In this document: positions 24,514-36,500 of the stretch, piece by piece
How positions within the stretch are numbered: position 1 is the stretch's first letter
Layout: every line of letters begins with the position of its first letter
The notes under the pieces: model-generated
Database searches by the model: none
What the model was told of the DNA's origin: nothing
Seen by the model: only the letters and a program-made list of their open reading frames with translations
Made by a program: the position numbers and the translations under genes
Source: Candidatus Sulfotelmatobacter sp.
GTDB taxonomy: Bacteria; Acidobacteriota; Terriglobia; Terriglobales; Acidobacteriaceae
Reading direction: 5' to 3'
DNA: 64,000 nt
NCBI GenBank assembly: GCA_035710725.1
Contig: DASTCY010000038.1
Coordinates: 7,495 to 71,494 of the forward strand

Positions 24514-27500
24514 ATGAAACGCGCGCCCAAGGGTCTTCTTATTCTCCTTGTTCTTTTCTGTTTTGCCGGCCTGCTGAAGGCCACATTGCCCCAGATTCTG
24601 ATCGGCAACTGGACGACAACCAGCAATCTTTCCCAGGCAAGGTCAAATGCCGCGTCGGTTCTGCTTGCCGACGGACGCATTCTCATCATCGGAGGCGATG
24701 GCGGCAGCGGCGCCCTGCAATCGGCGGAATTTTTCGGCACCGATGGCACGGTATCGGCCGCTGCCGCAATGAATGGCGCGCGCAGCCGTCATTTTGCAGT
24801 CGTTATGGGGGACGGCCGCGTACTGGTGGGCGGCGGCACGACCACGGGCGGGGGCACAACGAATACCGCGGAAATTTATGATCCCTCCGCGAATTCCTGG
24901 ACCCAGATCAGTCCGTTGACAACGGCGCGCGCCAACGCGACCGCAGCGGTACTGCAAGATGGCCGTGTCCTGATCGCTGGCGGTGACAACTCCGGCGTGC
25001 CCAACAACACGATTGAGATTTACGATCCTTCGACCGGCAATTTCAGTTTTGCTGGAACACTTTCTTCTCCACGCACCCAGCACGCGATGGCTGTGCTGCA
25101 AGATGGCCGCGTCCTGATCGTTGGCGGATTCGACGGCACTAATTCTCTGGCTTCATCTGACATTTTCGATCCCGTCGCCGGCAGCATCAGCGCAGGTCCA
25201 AATCTTGCTACGGCACGTTATGCGCACTCGGCGACAACGCTGTTCAATGGGCAGGTTGCCGTCATCGGCGGCGCCGGTGCAGGAGCGAACGGCACGGTGG
25301 ATCTCGCTTCGATTGAACTCTTCGATCCGATGGTGGGAACATTCACGACTTCGAGCGCGACTCTGACCACAGCGCGCGAGGGACATCAGGCCTTCCTGCT
25401 TCCCAATAACAATAGCGTGGTGATCGCTGGAGGAACCTCAACTGGCGTAGCGCAAGCGTCCGCCGAGATGTTCACTCCGCAGATCTCGACCAGCAATGGA
25501 GCCTGGACTTATGCGGTGACTGCCACCGGTAGCATAAACTCGGCGCGCGCTGCCCTGACCGGCTCAGCGAACCAGGCCAACGGTCCGACTTCGACGGTAA
25601 CGCCGAAGCCCGGATTTGTGTTCGTTGCCGGCGGCACCGATGCCAATAGCAACGCGTTGAACTCAACCGAAGCCTATGGATATCCCACGGTGCAGACGGA
25701 CCAGGGTGACTATCCTCCGGGCACCACGGTCAACATTTCTGGAAATGGTTTCAAAGCTGGTGAAAGTGTCGCAATCACACTGGTTGAATCTCCGCTGATT
25801 GATACGCATGGGCCTTACACCGTCACTGCTGATGCCAATGGAAATATCGCGGACAGCAGCTTTACGACGGACTCGCACGATCTCAATGTGCGGTTCTTCT
25901 TGAACGTGGTGGGAAGTCAGTCGGGAGTGCAAGCGCAGAACACGTTCACGGACTCGAAGCCGAATACGGTGACGGTTGGAACTCAGTCTCCAAATCCAGT
26001 TGCGCCTGGAAGTGCGGCCCAGTATACGGTCACGGTCAATTTCAACGGGAACGGGAACCCGTGTACTTCGCCGCTGAGTGTGAATTCGGCCCTGCCAACA
26101 GGTGCCACTGCTTCTTTCAGCCCTAGCTCAGTGACGGGCACTAATGGAAGCAATGTCAATTCCAGCCTTACAATTACCACCACAGGTGCCACACCACCTG
26201 GCTCGACGAACTTCACCGTGCTCGCTGCGAATGGTGGGGGACAATGCCAGGCTGGAACCGCGACTGGAAGCGGAACCCTCATCGTTGTCGAGAACACGAC
26301 CACTTCGCTGGCGACTTCGCTGACGCCATCCACCTTCGGTCAATCGGTCACACTGACCGCTACGGTTGCCAAAGTCACAGGACCCACGACACCGACCGGT
26401 GGAACCGTAACCTTCCTCGATGGGGCGACGCAGATCGGCACAGCGACGCTGAGCAACGGCACGGCCACGCTGCCGATTTCCACTTTGACTGCAGGATCGC
26501 ATAGTCTCACGGCCTCTTACGGCGGCGTAACAAACCAGTTTGGCGCGAGCACCTCTTCAGCTATCAATCAGACTGTCAACGAAGCCAGCACGACGACTTC
26601 GGTTTCGAGTGCCAGCGGCACAGCCGGACAGGGAAGCGTGACGCTGAATGCGAATGTCACCGCCAATAGCCCTTCCACGGCAACCGTGAATGAAGGCACG
26701 GTAACGTTCACGGTCAAGCAGGGAGCAACCACGATTGGCACGGTGACTTCCGGCACGGTCACAGGGGGAGCTGCTTCGGCAAATTTCTCGCTGACCAGCG
26801 TGAGCGCCGGCAGCTACTCGATCAGCGCGACTTACAATCCCGCCACGACCAATCCGAATTTCACGACGAGTACCGCAGCGACTCCTGGCACGCTGACCGT
26901 AAACGCGACCAGCACGACGACAACGGTCTCCTCATCGACGAACCCATCCGCTTTCGGCCAATCGGTCACATTTACCGCAAAGATCGCGCCCGCTTCTGGA
27001 ACTGCCACTCCAACTGGCACCGTGCAGTTCGTGGTTGATGGATCCAACTTCGGAACCCCGGTGAATGTGGCCTCGTGCGCTCCCAGCCCGGACGCATGCG
27101 CAACGTCCATCAGCACCTCGACCGTCTCGGTCGGCCCGCACTCGGTAGTCGCGAACTACAGCGGCGACGGCAATTACAGTGCGAGCTCTTCGACTACGCT
27201 GACGCAAACGGTCAATGAAGCGAGCACCACGACGACGCTGACTTCCTCTGCGAACCCGTCGGTCTTCGGTCAGTCGGTCACTTTTACAGCGAGTGTCACG
27301 ATCAATGCTCCGGGAACTGGCACGATTCCCACGGGCGAGACTGTAACTTTCAAAGACGGGGCATCCACGCTCGGCACCGGAACGACCAATGCTGCAGGCG
27401 TCGCCACTTTCACCACGTCATCGCTTAGTGTCGCTACTCATTCAGTGACGGCCGTGTACGCAGGCGACACCAATTTTGCGACGAGCACTTCCAACACCGT

Positions 27501-30500
27501 CTCGCAGGTTGTTACTAAGGCCGCGACTACCACGTCTATAACGAGCGACCTTTCCACGGCAACCGTGGTCGGCCAGTCTTATTCCGTTAGTGCCAGCGTG
27601 GCGGTTACGGCTCCCGGCGCGGGCACAATTCCGAATGGCGATACAGTGACGGTCAGCGACGGAACGGCAAGCTGCACCATCACTCTCAATTCCGCGGCGG
27701 GGTCTTGCAATCTGACCTCGACCACAGCCGGAGCGAAGACCGTCACCGCCACTTACAACGGAGACCAGAACTTCAACGGGAGTGCTTCGGCTGGTGTGGC
27801 GCACACAGTCAATAAAGCCAACACCACTACGGCGATCAGCTCGAATACGCCAAATCCATCGACCGTTGGCCAGGCCGTGACCATCAACTATTCCGTGTCT
27901 GTGAATTCTCCGGGCGCAGGAACACCAACCGGGAACGTCACCGTGAGCGATGGCGTGGGCGATAGTTGCACTGCCAGCGTCGCCGCGAACAGCTGCCAGA
28001 TCACATTCAACACGGCGGGAACGAAGACGCTGACTGCGACCTACGCGGGAGACACCAATTTCAACACCAGCGCCTCGACGACCGCGAACCAGACCGTCAA
28101 CCCCAAGCTGGCATTCACCAGTGCGGTTTTCGCGACGCTCACCGGATTGTGCTCACCACAAATCAGCGTGCAGATACAAAACGCGAACGGCTCGGCGGCG
28201 ACGCTGACCACGGCAACGGTGCTGAATCCCTCGAGCAGCTCAGGAGCGGCGAAATTCTTCAGCGATGCGGCTTGCTCCACGCAGATCAATAGCGTAACGA
28301 TCAACGCCGGCGCCAGCACTGGCAACTTCTTCTATGAAGATGGAACGGTAGGTACGCCGACCATTACCGTCGCGTCAACCGGACTGACATCTGTTGTGCA
28401 GGCCGAAGCTATCACTGGACTGCGCTTCGGTACGACGGCGTTCAGTGTGGCAGTGAACGCCTGCTCCCCGGCCATTACGCTGCAGTCGGCGAATACGCAG
28501 GGCGGCAATCCGACGAGCCTCACGCAAACGACGACGATCAATCTGAGCAGTTCGTCGGCAGGTGGCAAGTTCTACAGCGATGCGGCTTGCACGACGCAAA
28601 TCGCGAGCACAACCATCGGCCCCAGCATCGATGCCGGTCATGACTCCCCTAGCTTCTTCTATAAGGATGCGAATGCGGGGACTCCGACCTTGACCGGTTC
28701 GGCGGGGACGGCTTCGGCCACGCAGGCGGAAACCATCACCAAGCTGACGCCGACTTTTACAGTTCCAGCGTCGCAATCAATTACATTCGGAACTGCAACC
28801 CTCACGTTGTCCGGAACAATCGCTTCCGGCACTAACTTCCCGCCGAGCGGCGAGACCGTCAACATCACGATCAATGGCGTGACAACGCCCGCCACGATCG
28901 GGAACAACGGTGCATTCTCGACCAGTATCGACACGCACGCGATTCCTGCATCGGCTACGCCCTACACGATCACATACAACTACGCGGGCGACGCCAATTT
29001 CAATTCCGCCACAAACACAGCAACCACGCTGACGGTAAACAAGGGCACGACGAGCACCTCGCTGGCATCATCACAGAATCCTTCATTCACGAGCCAGCAA
29101 GTTACCTTCACAGCTACCGTTTCGTTGACAACAGGCAGCGGAGTGCCAACGGGAAGCGTTCAATTCCAGGACGGCGGAGTCAATGTTGGCAGTCCAGTCG
29201 CGCTTACGAACAATGGTGGAGTGTTCACGGCGACATTCCAGACTTCATCCTTGTCGGTGGGAACTCACAACATCACTACGGTTTACAGCGGCGACAACAA
29301 TTTTGGCGGAAGCACCTCCAACAGCGTCTCGCAAGTTGTGAACAATCCCGCGACCACCACGGCAGTTAGCTCTTCGCTGAATCCATCAAACTTCGGGCAA
29401 TCGGTCATGTTCAGTGTGACCGTAACGAGTCGGGCGGGAACGCCGACCGGCAGCGTGGTTCTCTACGATGGCGCATGTGGAACGAACCCGATCAGCGGAG
29501 CGATTGCGCTCAATAGCGGCGGACAAGCGAGCTTCACAACTTCAGCGCTGAGCGCGGCCTCCCATACGATTTTCGCCTGCTACACCCCAACAGGAGTTTT
29601 CCTCGCCAGCAGTGGTAGCGTCGTCCAGATAGTGAATAAAGCGACCGCGCAGATTAGCGTCACGCCTTACAACGTTTTTTACGACGGCATGTCGCACACA
29701 GCGACTGGAACGGCCACTGGCGTGGGCGGGGCTGATCTCAGCGCCGATCTGAACCTCAGCGGAACGACGCACACGAATGCTGGAGACTATCCATCCGATG
29801 GATGGACTTTCACAGATCCGGCAGGCAATTACAACAGCGCCAGTGGAAGCGTCCACGACGTGATCGGCAAAGCGACGGCGCAGATCACGGTGACGCCATA
29901 CAACGTTACCTATGACGGCAACTCGCACACAGCGACGGGAACAGCGACGGGTATAGGCGGGATCGACCTCAGCGCCGACCTTAATCTGACCGGGACGACG
30001 CACACCGACGCTAAGACATATTCAGACACCTGGACATTCACGGACCCAACTGGCAACTACAATTCTGCGAGCAACACGATCCAGGATGTGATCAATCAGG
30101 TATTGGTCACGATTACCCTCAGCAATCTGACGCAGACTTATGATGGAAATCCCAAGGCAGTCACATTTATTGCGAGTCCTAACCGGGGCGGCGTTGTCGT
30201 CACTTATACCGGACTGAGCGTCACTTACCCCGCAAGCCAGAATCCTCCGATAACCGCCGGAACCTACACGGTCACGGCGATGACGACCGATCCAAACTTT
30301 GCCGGAAACGCGAGCGGAACCCTGACAATCAACAAGGCGACCCCGATCATCAACTGGTCGAATCCTGCGGACATCACCTATGGAACAGCGCTTAGTGGTA
30401 CTCAGTTGAATGCCGCAGCAACATTCAACAATGGTTCGGTGACAGGAACATTCACTTACAATCCGCCTGCCGGAACGGTTCTACCTGCCGGCAACGCGCA

Positions 30501-33500
30501 GACGCTTTCGACCGACTTCGCGCCCGATGATGCGATCGACTTCAATGCAGTCTTGGGCACGACCGTCCTGATCAACGTCAAGGCTGATCCGCTGTATGTG
30601 ATTTCGAGTGACGGCGCGCGCGCATTCGGAGTGGCGAATCCGGCATTCACCCCGACCATCGAAGGTTTGGTCAATGGCGATACGGCCGCGAGTATCGGCA
30701 ACCCGAGTTGCGCATCAACAGCTAACTCCACGAGCACGCTCGGAACTTATGCCGCCTTGTGCTCAGGTGTGACATCCACTAATTACAACGTTACCTATGT
30801 GAACGGAACGCTGTCGATCACGAATCCGCTGAGCACGATCACTGTTATCAAAGACAAGAACGGCGATAGCGGCAGCGAAACTCTGCAGATCGGCCAGACG
30901 GATGTTCTGACTGCCTTTGGTCAGTTCGCCGACAACAACACGCGCGCCCTTGCGAGCGCCGGAGGTATGTCGTTCTCGCGTGGAGATCTGACCACGCCCG
31001 TCTATGGCGCAGCGGTCGCCGAAGCCGGAGGCATGCTGTATGCCATCGGTGGTACCGACGCCAGCCACACGGTACAGAAGATCATCCAGGCTTATAACCC
31101 GAAGACAAATACCTGGAACACAATCAGTGCGCAACTGGCGACCGCTCGCACCAACGCAGCGGTAGCGTCGTCAGCCGGCCGCATTTTCGTGGTCGGCGGA
31201 AGCGACGGCAACAATCCGCTGGCCAGCATTGAGGTGCTCGACACTACAAGCGGCACTCCGACGATCTCGGCCTTCTCCGGATCTTTGAGTATGGCGCGCA
31301 AGAATGCCGCTGCAGTGGTGTGGAAGCAGACCCTCTACGTTATCGGCGGCGACAATGGCAGCAATCCACAATCTACGGTTGACATTTTCGACCTAGTCCA
31401 TGGAACTTCATCGGCGAGCGATGCCGGCACCGCGCTCGATGCGTCCGCTGCAGTTTTGAACAATAAACTGTATGTGTTTGGAACCAACAGCGGCTCAGTT
31501 CAGGTGATCACGTTCGACGGAACGAACTGGAGCGGCCCGTCCACGGCAGGCCCGCTCGATGCCAGCAAGGGAGTGGGCGCCGTTGCATTTACCAATCTCA
31601 TCTATGTCGTCAACGGAAGCAATGTGTGGTCCTATGACGGCACGAACTTTGCACAAGAGAGCAACCCGCTCGGCAATGAGCATGATAGCGCGCAGCCGGT
31701 TGCCATCGGATCGCGTCTGTACGTGGCTTCGGCGGGTTCGGCCGCGACGAACTCCAAACTCGACGCCTTTGCTCCGGATGAGGTGAACTGGAGCACAGCC
31801 GACAGCACTAAGGCGACGATCGACAATGCAGGGAATCTGGCTGCGGTTGGCCGTACTGACCCGAATACTGTGGCGTTGACCGCGACATCGTTGGCCAGCA
31901 GCAGCATTACCGGCGGCTTCCAATTGACAGTGATTCGCAAGACTCAGACCATCAATTTTGGAGCTCTCTCCAACCAGACGTATGGAAATGCCGAGTTCCT
32001 CATCTCGGCCGCTTCGGTCGATTCGAGCAACAATCCGACGAACCTGGTTGTGAACTTTAGCGCCGGTGCAGGCGATAGCTGCACGGTGGGAGCGTCCACG
32101 CTCTCTGGTGGAACTTCCAGCGCCACAGTACACATCACAGGGGCTGGCAGCTGCACGATCACCGCGGCACAGCCTGGCGACGATAGCACATGGTCCCCGG
32201 CGCAAAGCGTTTTGCAAAGCTTCACCATCAACAAAGCGACGCCGACGGTCGTTGTGAGCTTTGCGAGTCCTATTACCTATGATGGAAACTCGCACGCTGC
32301 AACGGCCGTGGTAACAGGCGTGAACAATACGGTGTTGTCGGCCAGCGATGGCACGGTGACGATCACCTACACACCGGGTGCGAGCACGGCTCCCGTGGGC
32401 GCGGGAAGCTACAGTGCTTCAGCACACTTTGCCTCTTCCAATCCCAACTACAATGACGCGGACTCGACAACTGCTGCCTCGTTGACGATCAACAAGGCCC
32501 ACCTGACGGTGACGGCCGACGACCAGAGCCGTTTCTATGGGGATGCGAATCCCTCTCTTACGGCTACCATCACTGGATTCGTGAACAACGAGACGCTGAG
32601 CACGAGCGGTGTGACAGGAATTGCATACTGCACGACCAGCGCGACTCCCGCAAGCCCGGTGAGTGGAAGTCCCTATGCGATCACGTGTACTCAGGGAAGC
32701 CTTGCAGCCTCGAACTACGATTTCACCAACTTCGTAGCTGGCAAATTAACCGTCAACAAAGCGCACCTCACGGTAACTGCAAATGACAAAAGTCGTGGCT
32801 ACGGAGATGCGAATCTCATGTTTGACGCCACGATTTCCGGGTTCAAGAACAACGAAATACCGGCGACCAGCGGAGTGACTGGCTACGCCTCCTGCACAAG
32901 CATTGCGAATGCCACTAGTTCGGTCGCCGGCAGCCCGTACGACATCACATGCACCGTCGGGACGCTGGCGGCGGGTAACTACGATTTCACCAGCTTCGTG
33001 ACAGGACACCTGACCATCACCAGGGCGCATCTCTCGGTTGCCGCAGATAATCAGCAGCGGATCTACGGGGATCCGAATCCCGCGTTTACATTCAAGCTGA
33101 ACGGTTTCAAGAACTCTGAGACAGCAGCGACCGCGAACGTCAGCGGATCGCCTACACTGGCAACAACCGCTACTGCCACTAGCTCGGTTGCCGGAAGCCC
33201 ATATCCGATAACGGTGATCGATGCCGGCACGTTGAGCGCGCCTAACTATGACTTCCCAGCCGCAAACTTCGTGAATGGCGCGTTGACTGTTACACCGCGA
33301 CCGGCGACGTGGACGACGAACCCGAACAGCAAGACGTACGGGGATGCCGATCCGAGTCCGCTGACCACGGGGAGTGGAACGAACTTTATTACGGCTGACG
33401 GCGTGACCGCGACGTATACGCGGGTTGCCGGCGAGACGGTGGCGGGCGGGCCGTATCACATTACCGCGACGCTGGCTCCGGCGGCGGTGTTGAGCAATTA

Positions 33501-36500
33501 CAACATCACCAACGCGGGCGCGGACTTCACGGTCAGCAAGCGGAATGCGACGTGGACGACAAACCCGAGCGACAAGACGTATGGGGATGCTGATCCGAGT
33601 CCGCTGACCACGGGGAGCGGAACGAACTTTATTACGGCTGACGGCATAACCGCGACCTATGCACGCACGGCCGGAGAGACCGTGGCGGGGAGCCCGTACC
33701 ACATCACGGCGACGCTGAGCTCGACGGTGCCGTACGCGCTGAACAACTATAACGTCACCAACACGGGCGCGAGCTTCACCATCAAGGCGCGGAACGCGAC
33801 CTGGACGACAAACCCGAGCGGCAAGACGTACGGAGATGCTGATCTAACTCCGCTCACCACTGGAAGCGGCACGAACTTTGTTACGGCTGACGGTGTAACT
33901 GCGACCTATACGCGTGTGGCCGGGGAGACGGTGGGGGGTGGGCCGTATCACATTACCGCGACACTGGCTCCGGCGGCGGTGCTGAGCAATTACAACGTCA
34001 CCAACGCGGGGGCGGACTTCACGATCGACAAGCGGAATGCGACGTGGACGACGAACCCGAACAGCAAGACCTACGGGGATAGCGATCCAAATCCGCTCAC
34101 CACAGGTAGCGGTACGAACTTCGTCGCGGCTGACGGCGTTACCGCGACGTACACACGCGCGGCGGGCGAGACCGTGAGCGGCGGGCCCTATCCCATTACA
34201 GCCACCCTCAGTTCCACGGTATCTGGTGCGCTCAGCAACTACACCATAACGAATGCGGGAGCGAGCTTTGGCATCAGCCAGCGTAACGCCTCGGTAACGC
34301 CGAACCCTTCCAGCAGGACCTACGGGGATTCAGACCCGGCGTTCACTGGTACGCTCACTAACTTTGTTCCTGGTGACGGGGTAACCGCAAGTTACAGCCG
34401 GACTGCGGGCGAAGCAGTTGCGGGTAGTCCGTACACGATCAGTGCGACGCTGAGCCCGGCAGGTGTGTTGGGGAACTACAGCATTACCTACAACACTGCA
34501 GCCTTCACGATCACTAAAAGGAATGCTTCGGTTACACCGAACCCATCCAGCAAGGTGTACGGTTCGACTGATCCAGTGTTCACAGGTACTCTGACGAACT
34601 TTGTGCCTGCGGACAACGTGACGGCTACCTACCAGCGCACGGTTGGCGAAACAGTGCCGGGTAGCCCCTACACGATCAGCGCAGCTTTGAGTCCGGGTGC
34701 GGTACTCGTCAACTACACGATTACTTATAACACCGCCCAGTTCACCATCACCCCGGCTCCGTTGACGATTACGGCGAGCAGCGGAGTTATGACATACGGC
34801 ACTTCGCCGTTTGTCGTGACCCCTGTCTATTCACTCTTCGCAAATGGCGATACGCCGCTTAGCGTGATGCCTCCTCCTACTTGCGGGCCGGTATTCAGTT
34901 CGTCCACATCGGCCGGCCCTTATGGTACGAGTTGCACTGGAGCAGCGGATCCGAACTACAACATCAATTACGTTTCCGGAAACGTGGTCGTCACGCAGGC
35001 TACTACGGCTGCCTTGGTCGTTTCTTCGTCGGCGAACAACACCTCAACCTTCATGCAATTGGTGACGTTTACAGCGACTGTGGCCGACAACTCTGCCGGA
35101 AGCGTTGGCACACCGACCGGGACCGTCACGTTCTATAACGGCAACGCGTCTCTCGGCACGGTCGCGCTCAGTGTGGTTGGCGGCCAGGGTGTCGCCTCGC
35201 TCAGCACAACCTCTCTTCCCGCCACGAGTACTGGCACGTACGACAACATTACTGCCGTTTATAACGGAGACAACAACTTCACCGGCAGTACTTCTCCAGT
35301 ACTGCAGCAAACGGTTCAGCCCGCACCGATTGTCAGCCTGAATCCAACTGCTCTTTCGTTTGGCAATACGAATGTTGGCGCGACCAGCACTGGACAAAAC
35401 GTCACACTCACCAACGTGGGCGACGCACCACTTACTCTCGGCACAGGTTCGATTTCTGTAACCGGGCCGAACGCCGGGGACTTTATTACGACGACCAACT
35501 GCGGATCGAGCCTCGGCTATGCGATGGGATCGAATAGTTGCACGATCACGGTCAAATTCAAGCCATCCGAAACCGGTGTGGAAGTGGCAACCCTGGTAAT
35601 CACCGACAACGATGACGATTCGGTTGGCGCGCAACAATTCGTGTCGCTGACCGGCTCCGGTCTGAGCGCCATCACCGGAACCTCGCTCTACACCGATGCT
35701 ATCTTTGCAACCTCGAATAGCTGCGGAGCTCTTACTCTCAGCGGTGGAAGCATGGTCGACAGCTTTAATTCCAGCCAGGGAAGTTACAGCGCTTCGGATG
35801 CTCCTGGCGGCAACGTCGGCACAAACGGTAACATCACTTTGAGTGGAAGCAACAGCGCCATTCACGGCACCGCGTTTGTAGATTCCACAACGACCGGCAG
35901 CTGCAGCAAGAGTGCAGTTACCGGCCTCACCACTAGCGGAGGCGCGCAAGTGACCGGCGGCTTGATGGCGCTGAATGGGCCAATCACTTATCCGGCTCCG
36001 CCCGCGGCCAATCCGGTTCCGCCAACAACGGCTCAGAACGTCACGTCTTGCCCATCCGGCATGACTGGCTGCACGAACGTCAGCAGTAAAGTAGTCAGGC
36101 TGGCGCCCGGACAATACGGAAACGTGAGCATCAGCGGGGGCACGACGGCCCACATCAGCGCTGGAACTTACAACCTGAACAGCCTGAACCTGAGTGGCAA
36201 GAGCATTCTCTATGTCGATTCCGGACCGGTGGTTGTGAACATCGCGGGCGCTTCGCTGAGCAACGGCGCTGCCGCCATGGATGTGACCGGTGGAAGCATT
36301 CAGAACCCGAGTCACATTCCGGCGAATCTGCAGTTCGCCTACGGCGGTTCGCACGGTGTGAATCTGTCGGGTGGATCCGACAGCTACGCCGTAGTCTACG
36401 CTCCGAATGCTCTGATCAACATGAGCGGCGGCTCCGACTTCTTCGGCTCGGTCATCGGAAGTACGGTGACCAGCAGCGGCGGTACGAATGTTCACTACGA

